A DNA stretch of 63,664 bases, filler included, from Salisapilia sapeloensis CBS 127946 (lineage: Eukaryota > Protista > Oomycota): assembly GCA_023334545.1 (NCBI GenBank). It is 12 parts of 12 records of this genome, joined end to end, with 100 filler letters (N's around TTAATTAATTAA, not from the genome) between each part and the next. Parts side by side here need not be neighbours in the genome. Positions count along the whole stretch, not along the records: positions 1 to 18,580 come from JAADVB010000320.1; positions 18,681 to 19,878 come from JAADVB010001259.1; positions 19,979 to 22,764 come from JAADVB010000843.1; positions 22,865 to 24,772 come from JAADVB010001013.1; 8 more parts are not named here. One strand, given 5' to 3'. Below, piece after piece: positions 12,301 to 23,518 of this stretch. The translations under genes were made by a program, and so were the position numbers. Under the pieces are notes generated by a model, which worked only from the letters and a program-made list of their open reading frames with translations, was not told where the DNA came from and made no database searches. Every line of letters begins with the position of its first letter. Positions within the stretch are counted from its first letter, which is position 1.

Positions 12301-15300
12301 ATGATCAAATCAAGGAAACGATGAATCATATACTTCCAGAGTTAAACGGTGCCACGCAATCTCTAATGCGTATCAATAAGCATCACATTCGTGAAATGAA
12401 ATCTTTCGTCAAGCCTCCACAACAAGTTCGTCTCACCATGCAAGCTGTCTGTGTCCTACTAGGTGTCCAACCAACGTGGGAAGAAGGCTTGCGACTGCAA
12501 GGAGACATGCATTTCATTAATCGTTTGACTAGTTTTGATAAGGACAGTATTCATGCGTCTGTTCTTCGACGCGTAAAGGTGTATACGAGCCAGCCTGAGT
12601 TTTCAGTCGAGCGTGTTCATCAAGCATCCGTCGCTGCCACCACAATATGTGAATGGGTGCTCGCATTGGTCAAGTATACAGACATGAAGGAGCAGACTGC
12701 ACCATTGCAAAGACATATTGACATGAAGGAAGAAGAGTACCAGGAAGTTCAAAGGCAAGTTCAGTCTGAAAAAACGAGATTGGCTTCCATGGAAATTCGA
12801 CTTCAGAACGTTCGGTCTGAGTGGAAAGCTCGTGTGCATCATCGAGATGCTTGCCAGGCGAACATTGCAAGTCAGCTCGAGTGGAAAGAGGAATCGATAG
12901 AGCTTCAAGGTGTGTTAAACGAATGGAGACGAAAAATGAACAAGTTAAAACAAGACTGGGAAGGCGATATAGAGTTCTGGTTACTACATGATTGTGTCAT
13001 CGTTGCAGGGATTGCTGAATACATGAATCATGAGTCTAGCGATGCGTGGATTCAAACATGGAAGAAGCTACTTGCGCAATCACCATATAGTACAAAAGAA
13101 ACCCGTCGTAGCTTTCTACGTAAACTCAAGCTAGATTTTGGACTCGACGGTATGACTCGACTGGTAAAGAACTGGATGCTTGGCAGTAGACCGTTTCAGC
13201 AGAGTTTGCTGACAAAGAAGATTGGGTGTGGAAACTATAGCGAGCAGCTTGTGCTTAAGCTTGCGATTCTGCAGGAGGTCGCTCGATCTGTTACCGTGCA
13301 CCCAGTCGTTGTGGATCCGTTTAACCATTTCTCCGACGTGTATAAAGCTCTAAGTACTTTGGCTACGAGGCCTTTAACAGGTCAGGAAAAGAATGTAGCG
13401 TCGGAGATGGAAAGCTCTCGTTGCTCAGAAGATGAATCGCCGTATCGACTGCATTACATCAACGACTCTGATGGTATTGATTACATAAAGGGTTTGATTG
13501 ACAAATCACATCCTCAAGAGGTAAGCGAGTACTCTACCTTTACTAGGTGTGTACGACTGATTCACAGTATTATTCAACTCATCATTATCTATCGCTAGAT
13601 ACTAGCTTTTGAAGTCTCGCGTTGTACAGATTATCAAATGCTTACTTTGCTCGATACGATGGACGGTCGTAACAAACTGTGTCAGTCTACTTACTTCATT
13701 GTTCAATCGATTGACTGCGTTGCAGCATGGAAGCCCAAGGTAATGATTTAATCCTCTTGCCACTGCATATTCTGCTGAAATGATTGACGCTCTTTGAATA
13801 CAGATCCAAGCTCGCATCCGAGCCGTTAGCTTTAGTATGAATGAGCTAGAACTGCAGGCTTATATGTCAAAAGTGCTGTGTCGCCAGTACGCACGGAAGT
13901 TGTTTGAGGATATGACAAGCCTTCAGATGCAACAAAATAAAACTCAAATGAAAGACCGAGCTGCTGTGCAAGAGACAATTATCGAATTAATGAAAACACA
14001 AATGACGGATAAGCTTCAATGTAGAAAGGTAATAACCAATTACCTACATCATCATAAGGAAGCAGAAGAGAAAGACAAGTGCCTAGCTTTACAGCTTGAA
14101 GCGACATGGAAACAAATTTGGAGCTGTTTTGAACCTCTTGCTCGAGCTACCTTGGCTCTTCTTAAAGCTGAAGCGCACTTCAACTGGATTGATCCAGCCT
14201 TAAAACAAAGTCCACTGGAAACAAAGCGAAGAATGAATAAGCTCGTTCGCAAATATACTACAGATAGGTTGAAGAGTACGCAGCTGATAGACAAAGATTC
14301 TAAGGCCCAAGGCGTTGTCGATGAGGTAATAGTGCCCATGTGCAGAGAGTTTGTTACTTGTAGGCTGTGTGAACTGCCTCGAAAGATACACAAAACATAC
14401 AAGGTACTGATTGCTGTGTCCATTGGTGAAGCAAAAGATATGGTCGATCCGCCGTTAGCTCAATTCATTCGGTCATTGCTCTCTCATAAGCATACTCGGC
14501 CAAAAGCTATATCTACTAAAATACGTGAGGAATTTAAGCTGGGTGAAGAAAACTTAGCTGGTAACGACATCTATCAAATAAGTGAATTGATCGTAGAAGA
14601 GTACTTGCAATTAGCAAGCTTTGAATTGTCACTAAAACCGAGAGATCATAGCAATGTCCTAGATATGTATCAGGATAAGAAGCATGACATGAGCATTAGT
14701 ATGCGTAAGGTGTTTATGGAGCTCTACATCAAAGTCTACAGACGTTCCTTGCATCAGTCGACACGAGAAAAGTTTGGTATGGCATTAATTGAAAGTTTCA
14801 TTCAAGAGCAAGCGGATTGGGACATCTACCAGTTGAAGCAGACAGTCAATATCGATGACAGCATCACTAGTTTCCAGCCAAAGTCCTTGAAAACTTTGAA
14901 TCCGGCTGAAAAGCTCGGGGTAGAGCTAAGCTACTTTGGCGATGTCAGTGATCACATGACAAAAGAGCTAATCACGTGGTTGTATGGGGAAGAGCTAGAT
15001 TACGATGATAGGTTGCGTACCACTACAAATACTGTAACAGGTATCTACGAGCCATTAACGTCCATGGTGGAGCTTTATAATGACACAATGAACCTAAGCG
15101 AGTACCATGTAAGCCATCGTGATGCGATGGATGCAAATTCCACTAGGTCAACTGAATGGCGTACTCTGTCAGCATCTATGCTGCTATTTCATCGCATCGT
15201 TCAACTAGTGTCTCCCAATTCCATGGTTTCGCATAGCAATCTACGTCGCGCTATGGCTACGCTCGATCTTTTCATTCATCAGACAAATAACAATGCCGTG

Positions 15301-15585
15301 TCACGAGATGTCAGCATCATTAGGAATCTAGTCAGCTCTGTCTATGAAAGCTACATGCTTCCTGAATACAACACAGAGAAGCTAATTCTCATACTAGCCT
15401 GGTGCTTTACGCAGCCATCGTCGGACGTATCGACATCTATTCTCTCTACATACCAAAGCAATGGCAATCAAGACCGTCTACACCATCAAATCGCTCAACT
15501 ACGAGCAGAGCTATCTCGAAGAGATATCCAGTCTAGAGACTTGGACGAGATAGACGTAAAGTTAAGAGCACTACTTTTCATTTAA
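3375..15585 (+). CDS. Highly divergent axonemal-type dynein heavy chain, ~3,976 aa, 5 exons (3375-10409, 10484-10681, 10746-13520, 13599-13739, 13804-15585)
   Basis: Linker region (YLDKLRQECSRFNFISNNDLIQVL), AAA2 GDAMTGKS...PQDLYG...WMDG, AAA3 GKASTGKS...SPRLLRHF, stalk/MTBD (IREMKSFVKPPQQV...ASVAATTICEWVLALVKY) and AAA5 (VVVDP). Four GT-AG introns (74, 64, 78, 64 nt) join the three ORF-track ORFs in frame. Confidence 0.9.
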
Positions 15586-15637
15586 ACATCATCGATATAC
15601 TTTGTCTCCTGATCTCCATTTTCCTCCTCGCCTATTC

Positions 15638-17843
15638 TTACTCAAGTCCAAATCCAGTAATTTCCATTTGTAAAACCTATTGGATCATCAGTAGTGAGTA
15701 CGCTACGAGAATAATTTATGAAAACACTTCGACTTACCAAAGTCAAGTATGTCTCGAGCTCATCCTTGTCGTCGTAGATCGGCAAGTCGACTCTGTTAAA
15801 GCACGTGTGTGCATGTGGACATAAACCAGCAGGAGGTGTCCCGCGAGGAACAATTTGTAGCGTAAAGATATGAATGTAACCACTAGCACTCATGAGAGCA
15901 CGGAAGCCTTCAACAGGCACGCGAGTGGCACCTGTCGCAAATTGCAGTAGTCGCCCAAGCTGCTCTTCCGAAAAGTTTTCCACAACTTCCCAGAACCAGT
16001 CGACGACTTTCTTTTCCTTTTCACGTTGTTCTTTATGAACTTCATGCGCATGATGAATGACGCGAGAGTTTGACTTCCAATCCATGACATCAATCGATGG
16101 TAGCCCACACATGAAAAAGTCGAGTTCTTGATAGTCAAAGATACCCAAAAGACGTTTCGGAATGACCTCGTACATGCCTGTGAGCATCGCTCCAAGCTGC
16201 TTATCGATGCCACCGAGCAACTTGTAACGTAGCATAGCAGCCAAGTACTCTTTCTTATTACCATCCGTGACTTCGATATCAGCGCCACCAGGTATTAACT
16301 CGACTTCGGAGCCATCCACAGCCGTCGTTGTGAACGTCAGGCAGAGCTGGTCGACGTTATCATTGTCACGTACCCAGACGCAGTTCCTGTAGAGCTCATC
16401 ATCGAGGAACTCGAGGTCAGAGAACGAGATTGGAACACCAAGAATGTGCTTTAAGAGCGGTAGAGCGAAGCGAACTTCAAAAACTAGGCCATCCAATATC
16501 GCTTTGCCAAACAATCTACCCGCGAATGTAAAGTACGTGAGGTAGTCTTCGACTGAGTCACTAGCAGGGTTGATCCAGTAGCTTTGGCTCTCGGCGTGTG
16601 TCGAGATGAAGAGTCCTGTATCTGCACTAAAGAGTTCTTTACAGACGATGCCGAACCATTCACGCAAGATGCCACCAGCATCTAGTCCAGGTTCACCATC
16701 GAATGTAATGTGCAAATGTTCTGTCATGCATTCTTGTGGTATGTATCCACCAAGCAACTTGACAGAGTCTTCGAGCACGTGATCACGTCGGATTTTCATC
16801 TTGGTCATGCCGTCCATGTAGTGGACAGAGAGGTCAGCAACGCGATTAATAAACCACTTTCGTTTCTCATTAAATGTCATGGCGAGCAGTCCCTCAAAGT
16901 CGATCGTAGAGTCTTGGAGGATGTGGTCACTTGTATCAAGAGGCAGCGTGAAGCTCTCCATCTTTTTCATTTGGACATCGCCGGTCGAATTGACCTCGGA
17001 GAAGAAACCTCCGATGGATTTCAAGTTCTTCCGATGGAGCTGATCTGCTAGCGACTCGTCTAGTTGATCGACGCTAAGAGACTTGAGCAATTGTGATCGT
17101 CCGTCATTTAGTTTCTTCACGAGTGGATCCATCTTCCGTCCTACGTGCTGAGATGTACGCACCCAGACGTACGTTCCATTAGCTATCGGCACACGCTGCC
17201 ACATGCGTCGCTTACTAGCACCTCGCTGACGCTGGTTGAGCTGGATCTCATTCAGCCGACGATATCGAAGAGCTCGCTGACGCATATTCGTCATGGCGTC
17301 GTCCAGTTCCGTTTGGGCGCTAACGACGGAAGAAGAGGATTTGAGTAGGGTGCTATTATGAAAGGAGCTCGTGGAACTGAACATGCTCATGGTGGCATTG
17401 TGTCGACTGATGAGCATCGAGTCTGTCAGGTCAAAGCTTCCGAGTTTCGACGCTGAGAACGTCGACGTATCTGCGGCGGCACCACAGAGAAGACATTTCG
17501 AAGCGTCTGGATGATTCAGATGGGCACATACGATGCACTGCCATTCAACCTGTCCTTCGGACAGTACGACTGAGTTTAAATCCTGACGCGTGAGCAGATC
17601 TCTCGTATCCACCGCTTCGATCGTATCACTCTGTCGTTTTTGAAAACAGAAGCATATAACGATCACGATGAAGGTACAGACAAAGGCGACTACGACAAAT
17701 AACGCGATCATACTTCCATCCATACTCTTGGAATCATCCATCCCAGCGTATATATCGTCGACATCAGAGGATACTGAATGCGGATTTACGTAATTCGCTT
17801 CAGATACGGAAGAGGAGTATGCTATCCGTAGATGGCGTACCAT
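15638..17843 (-). CDS. HECT E3 ubiquitin ligase with N-terminal transmembrane helix and RanBP2/NZF zinc finger (start uncertain: 17843, 17741 or 17711; last intron 15737-15677)
   Basis: Hydrophobic helix IALFVVVAFVCTFIVIVICFCF, WQCIVCAHLNHPDASKCLLC, and a HECT domain (FDGEPGLDAGGILREWF ... HAHTCFNRVDLP with catalytic Cys). The spliced end reads TLVLQMEITGFGLE-stop. Confidence 0.92.
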
Positions 17844-18258
17844 TTCTCTCCAGGTCAATTCTGAAATGAAGGGAGGATCTGGTCTCCAAAGTAGGAGGAA
17901 TGACGCGAGATTGATAGGTACAGATGGTACGCCACGCAAAGATCAAGTCAGATGGGCATGCCAGAACACAGACACTCATCTTCTTTCTATGTGGCTCCAA
18001 GTGTCTAGTAGCGTGTCCAGTGACTAAAACATCCTACTCTCGTCTCACGGCCACGAGTTAGACCATGTGACGGATAGGTACACAGATAAAGTCTAACGCA
18101 ACGTGGATACTGATATCCATTCAAGTAGGATACTGCATTCCTGTTGCTATGCATGAGAAGATAAGGAGAATGAAAAAAAAGTTGGTCTTGCTGTATTTCA
18201 TTTGCCTACGGTGGACTACTAGTAGCATGACACGCATGGACGTATCCTTCAGTCAGAT

Positions 18259-18580
18259 TTACATATTTGACTGGATCAATGGCTTGAGGTAGTTCTCATA
18301 GCCTTCCACCACTTGCGTCCTGTTCAGTGGTTCATCCGCAGCACGTTTCACGAGAGCATTGTAGATGTCTCCGTCGTAGTTACCAAGCGCAGAGTTCAAT
18401 TCAAAGTCATCATAGTCCCACGCATCCGTGAGCAAGACAACGTTCTTACGCACAACAGGTAAGAGCTTCATGAGCTGCGCACGTGCCATCTCGGCCTGTG
18501 CCGTCGAAACATAGTCATGAGCTCGGAACTCATCCATGCGTTGTGTCATCATCCACAGACCAAAGAGGTTGGCTAGACTC
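18259..18580 (-). CDS. ACOX: Peroxisomal acyl-CoA oxidase, C-terminal fragment (cut by contig end)
   Basis: LLPVVRKNVVLLTDAWDYDDFELNSALGNYDGDIY...EPLN matches the ACOX C-terminal signature. Ends SNM, a PTS1-like tripeptide. Confidence 0.85.
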
Positions 18581-18680
18581 NNNNNNNNNNNNNNNNNNNN
18601 NNNNNNNNNNNNNNNNNNNNNNNNTTAATTAATTAANNNNNNNNNNNNNNNNNNNNNNNNNNNNNNNNNNNNNNNNNNNN
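18581..18680. other. Artificial contig linker (44N-TTAATTAATTAA-44N)
   Basis: Fixed 100-nt spacer with a six-frame stop motif. Confidence 0.98.
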
Positions 18681-19878
18681 AAGTCTAGGCGACCTCTGGC
18701 TACCAAGCGACCGATCTTTTGCTTAAAAACGTCGCACGTGCTCTGGAAACTTGGCCCTTTACTTTTACGTAGAAGATCATGATTGGTAGGATTTATGTGA
18801 TGAAATGGAAAAAACAGAGTAACACCGTCATTACCACATATTGGAAACCTGCTTTCTTTCTGCGTGACCCCAGGACGAAAGGCACGAACGAAACTGACTG
18901 TGACTTTTGGCTGGTGGTATTTCGCTTTCAACCGATTTTCCAAACCGGAATGAATCAATCGTTCAGACAATCGTTCCAAACTCGTTTTCTATACACTTTC
19001 CTCAGCAGTGCGAGGAGCTGCGCTACCAAAACAGAGCACAAGTTCGCGTGTGACTCGGTTAGTAGAAGAAGTAAATTATAGCCTATTCGGATTGTTGTAT
19101 GGTTCGGTTGTCCTTGCATCGTAGGGAGAAGTCGCTCCAAATCTGGAAGGTCGAACGAAGCGCACGATAATGTCGCAACCGTTCCACCCGAGGGTACGGA
19201 CTGCTCTTTTCTATCACGTTACACTAGTACGCGTTTCGTGCCTTTTATTTTCCATGGAGCAAACATTCTGAAGATATAGGCACTTGAACAATTTTCTATT
19301 TACTGGCAAACCAACTTTATTGGGAATTGTGATGTTAGTTATGATATCCTGTCATCTTACCGAGTTGAACGTAAAGTTGGGGGTGATGGCAGCTTTTATC
19401 CTTCTCTGATTCTAGTACATCAACCTCGAGCTCTGATCCGACACCGGTAAAGTTTCGGTTTCGGATCGTATCATGTCGTTTCAGGGCCTTATCACTTTGT
19501 TTCCAGATTCTGCTTGTTGTCTCAGAAAGCTAGGCATAGATTGATGTGTACTATGCAGGTCATGTCCAGAAGGCGACATATCCCGTCGGAGGTAAACTAT
19601 GTCGCACTGGCGACATTCGTGAAGCGACGTTACATCGTATAGCATTGGTAGATCGTAGCACTTAGTCATGTCAGAAATCTTTTCTTGGTGCGGCATGGAA
19701 AATCGGTTGAAGCTGTTGGCTCTCCGTGCTCACCATCGTGACCTTTAGTACGTGAATATGATTGACATTTTTGATGAAAAACGGTCTACTACATAGCTGC
19801 GCACGTAAGAGACTAAGCGATCGGATGTGAATAACCGCTGGGAACTACTAGAAGGAATTGAAACAGCACCTGATGGGT

Positions 19879-19978
19879 NNNNNNNNNNNNNNNNNNNNNN
19901 NNNNNNNNNNNNNNNNNNNNNNTTAATTAATTAANNNNNNNNNNNNNNNNNNNNNNNNNNNNNNNNNNNNNNNNNNNN
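19879..19978. other. Artificial contig linker
   Basis: Same 100-nt spacer. Confidence 0.98.
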
Positions 19979-20183
19979 ATCAGACTACTAGACTTTGAGC
20001 TTCTATATACCTACTAAATCCTAATACAATCTCCTTAATCTTCATCTTAGTATGGAAAGGTCTAACGACCATTCTTGCTCCTTGTACCTTTGTATTTGCA
20101 TCACATGCTCCAATACAAGAACCCACTTCAAGATCCGGAATGTTACCCCAGCTTGGGATACATTCATGTAACTTCCCGTTACA
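19979..20183 (+). repeat. Left arm of terminal inverted repeat (205 bp; partner 22560-22764)
   Basis: Reverse complement of 22560-22764. The first 141 nt are identical, with a single mismatch at 20120. Confidence 0.95.
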
Positions 20184-20473
20184 GAGATGCTCTATATGTC
20201 AATAATGACGACTTTTGCAGCATTTTTTCCAACATGAGGCTTTATTATTTTGAAGAAGTAAAACATTACAGGGAGCAGTTCAGGCAATTTCAACAGTAAT
20301 TTTGATTCTCCAAGTTTAAAGTGGGATATACCTAGCTACAAAATTAGTTGATCTATCATACTACGTATCCACAATTTCACCTTTTTGAAAATGAGTATAA
20401 GACATAAGAGATAATGGTCGTCGAAGCATCAACGCAAACAATTTAACAGCTCATTATTCGTTTCGCTTTCTTT

Positions 20474-21335
20474 ATGTCTCGCCGTTTACGCCCTATGACG
20501 AAGTAATAATATCACGACAGCAAGCACCGTTAGCTTATTCTCAAAATTGCCTCAGAAGATGGAGACAGGAAACTCGCTGTTCTTCATACTGCGTTTCCTA
20601 CTAATACAAACAACCACTGAATATATTGAGCTCCTGGAACGAACTCGTGGGTGAATGAACAGGAACAACGAAAACGCTGTAGTATTTAAAAATCATTCGC
20701 TTTTCATGTACAAGCTTTATTACATGAGTTAACATGAAATCCCAGCCTAAACTAAACCGTATGCGGGACTATATTCAGCCGCTGTTCGACGTTGATATTT
20801 ACTCTGAGACCACCCAAAAGGCTTTGGACCGGCATGGGTTCACCATCAAGCAAATCCACCATGACGTGACAGCCCGAAGCACACTACTGATCACGGAAAA
20901 GAGGAAGAGATAAGTGAAAAATTTGCGAGCATGAATTTTTCAATGGGAAGCGTGCGTTGTATTGACAAAAAAATCGATTTGTGGTGTACGCGTCGGCCGG
21001 GATGGAGTCGTGCTCGTGTACACTCCCTTGAAATCATATATACCAGTAAGGGACAAAGAATTTACGTTGCAGCATTTCTAGGAACCGAAAAATTTGTGCT
21101 TTATACATGGAAACTTTGGATATTTAATCCTGGTTAATCCTGATGCCTGAGGCTACTTCATTCGACACTATTGTGACAAGTTGAAGAGCGCGACAATCTA
21201 TCAGACTTTACCCTTGTGATAGAAGGTGCTGCTTGTCATGCTTAAACAGATCATGTATTTAAAGGAGAGGATAAACGTATAAATATATTGCATTCATTGC
21301 AGTGTTCAATAGATACTCCGAGAGCAAAGGAATAA
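20474..21335 (+). pseudogene. Decayed Tc1/mariner (IS630-like DDE) transposase
   Basis: Manual translation across stops and frameshifts: MSRRLRP...LILKIASEDGDRKLAVLH (HTH), ETTQKALDRHGFTIKQIH...EKRKR, VRCIDKKIDLWCTRRPGWSR...TSKGQRIYV (first catalytic D region) and FTLVIEGAACHA (degenerate DNAPCH). The order and motifs match oomycete Tc1/IS630-like transposases. Confidence 0.72.
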
Positions 21336-21544
21336 AACTTGTATCAAAATCATCAACTTTTAGTTTTCAGGACAAAAATAAAAGCGGTTTGAAAAAATTA
21401 ATAGTAAAATGCTGTAGTGAAGACGTAACGTAAAACAAGAAACTTTAAAATTATTGAATGGCCAATTTTAAAGTATAGAAGAACTTGCGTAAGACTATTT
21501 AACAGGCATCAATTGTGCGCCAAACAAATGCTATCAAAAGTTTA

Positions 21545-21616
21545 TGCCCCCAGGCAGGATTGAACTACCGACCTTCCGCTTACTAAGCGGGTGCTCTACC
21601 ACTGAGCTATAGGGGC
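21545..21616 (-). tRNA. trnT-AGT: tRNA-Thr(AGT), intronless
   Basis: GCCCCTA-TA-GCTCAGTGGTAGAGC-A-CCCGC-TTAGTAA-GCGGA-AGGTC-GGTAGTTCAATCCTGCC-TGGGGGC-A folds as a cloverleaf. CCA is not encoded, and a TTTT Pol III terminator lies just downstream. Confidence 0.95.
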
Positions 21617-22559
21617 TGACATGATCAAGATGTAATTATTTTGTAACATTTCCGTGTCTAAAACATGAATAGACTCTACAATTCGATGATGTACATCAAT
21701 TAAATATTGGTTAAACCGTTATGGTCAGTTAATTACCGTACAGGTGCAAACATTCATTCACTTCGGTGTAGCTTGGACTATCGCCAAACATTGTCTTATT
21801 TGACAAACTTTTAAAGCAATGCAAACACGCTTCTCTCAGAATATTTCAATTATGACTTTTAACGTAAATAAAGGCAAAGGCACAAGAATTGATACACTTT
21901 ATTACTTGTAAATGTATATATTGCCCGGATTCGTATCTAGTATAAAAAAGTTTATATGTAATTTAAAGAAATTAAGCGGTAAAAAGAGAAAAGAAATTTA
22001 TTCTAGTAGATCAACTTGATCTTTCTATATAGCTGGGTAGAAAGTGGCTGGTGAACGAATCATTTCCAAAGTTTCCTGTATCAATTACGCCATCTCATTC
22101 GTCAAACTACGCCTCCAAACAGCAAAGAATGAGCTTCATCCCAAGTTATCGCTAATGAACACGAGCAAGGTGCCCATCCTACCGCTCCAGACGTTGTAAA
22201 GCGCGTCTCTTTGAATAAATAAAGCAAGCTTACACACGATGCCTTCAAAATGTATCAAATTGGACCAAGTAAAACAAATATAATACAGACGAGTACTTTG
22301 ACCATGATGGCCAAATTCATCATAACGTGTTCATCCAAGACGATTTTGAGACTTTCCTACTCGGAAACGAAAGTCTGTTCGAGTGGGAACACTGAACAGT
22401 TACCGCATTTAAGTCAAAGATTTGTACCGAAAAAGAGACATTGAATTACCTAAAACTTTGATAAGGATATGGCTACTTCCCTTTCTAGATTTCGACGAAT
22501 GCAAGCGGTTAAATTACAGTCAGGAGGTACACATGAGTCAGGAAAAGATACATTGCTAT

Positions 22560-22764
22560 TGTAACGGGAAGTTACATGAATGTATCCCAAGCTGGGGTAA
22601 CATTCCGGATCTTGAAGTGGGTCCTTGTATTGGAGCATGTGATGCAAATACAAAGGTACAAGGAGCAAGAATGGTCGTTAGACCTTTCCATACTAAGATG
22701 AAGATTAAGGAGATTGTATTAGGATTTAGTAGGTATATAGAAGCTCAAAGTCTAGTAGTCTGAT
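22560..22764 (-). repeat. Right arm of terminal inverted repeat (partner 19979-20183)
   Basis: Direct sequence comparison. Confidence 0.95.
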
Positions 22765-22864
22765 NNNNNNNNNNNNNNNNNNNNNNNNNNNNNNNNNNNN
22801 NNNNNNNNTTAATTAATTAANNNNNNNNNNNNNNNNNNNNNNNNNNNNNNNNNNNNNNNNNNNN
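22765..22864. other. Artificial contig linker
   Basis: Same 100-nt spacer. Confidence 0.98.
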
Positions 22865-23518
22865 AGCTTCCAGTGACACAATGACGTACGGATTTAGAGG
22901 TATACAGGTCCAAATCAAATGCTTTCCTGGAGAAGGTTTGAAGTGATATCGCTCGTAGAAAGGAATGGTAGCCTAGGAAAAAGAAAAGAGAAAAATTATT
23001 TAACTGCGTCTCACCATGGACCTTTGTCTCCTGCCAAGTTGACTTTTGGATTCTATGTTCATTATATCTCATCTAAGAGACTGCGTGTCCATCTGCTTGC
23101 ATTGCACGGGGCTAGAGATCTCAATTTTGCGTAAGATAGCATGGCCTGCTTCATAGCATCATTACCTAAATGCACATGAAAATAAATGCTCATAGATGAA
23201 GAGTGAGTTGCTGCAGGATGTGGACGCTATCTCCAACTATGTGGATGACAGAGATGTCTAAATGTCTAGCCGCTTTAAGAACAATAACAAGACCTTTGTA
23301 CTCGGCGCTGCTGTAGGTCGTGAAGGGAGTTGCTTCTCATCCAGATATGCTCAGTGTGACAGGTAGTCATAGTCGCTCGAAAAAGGATCGAATTCAGGCT
23401 CACCAGGATCAGGATTGCATCGATTGCCGCTATGCAGACAAGATGCATTAACGATGGTAGTCTGTACGACAAGCAGATATAGCACTGAACTAAAGATTAT
23501 TATTGTTCTCGATCGGAT

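Noticed and set aside
18629-18979. ORF-track entries containing X runs (e.g. 18629-18979, 22809-23072, 29445-29702, 40839-41213, 42025-42468, 60525-60923)
   Set aside because: They run through N linkers and are artefacts.
18681-19878. 1.2-kb contig as a transposon fragment
   Set aside because: All frames are broken and I could not match any segment to a TE protein motif.
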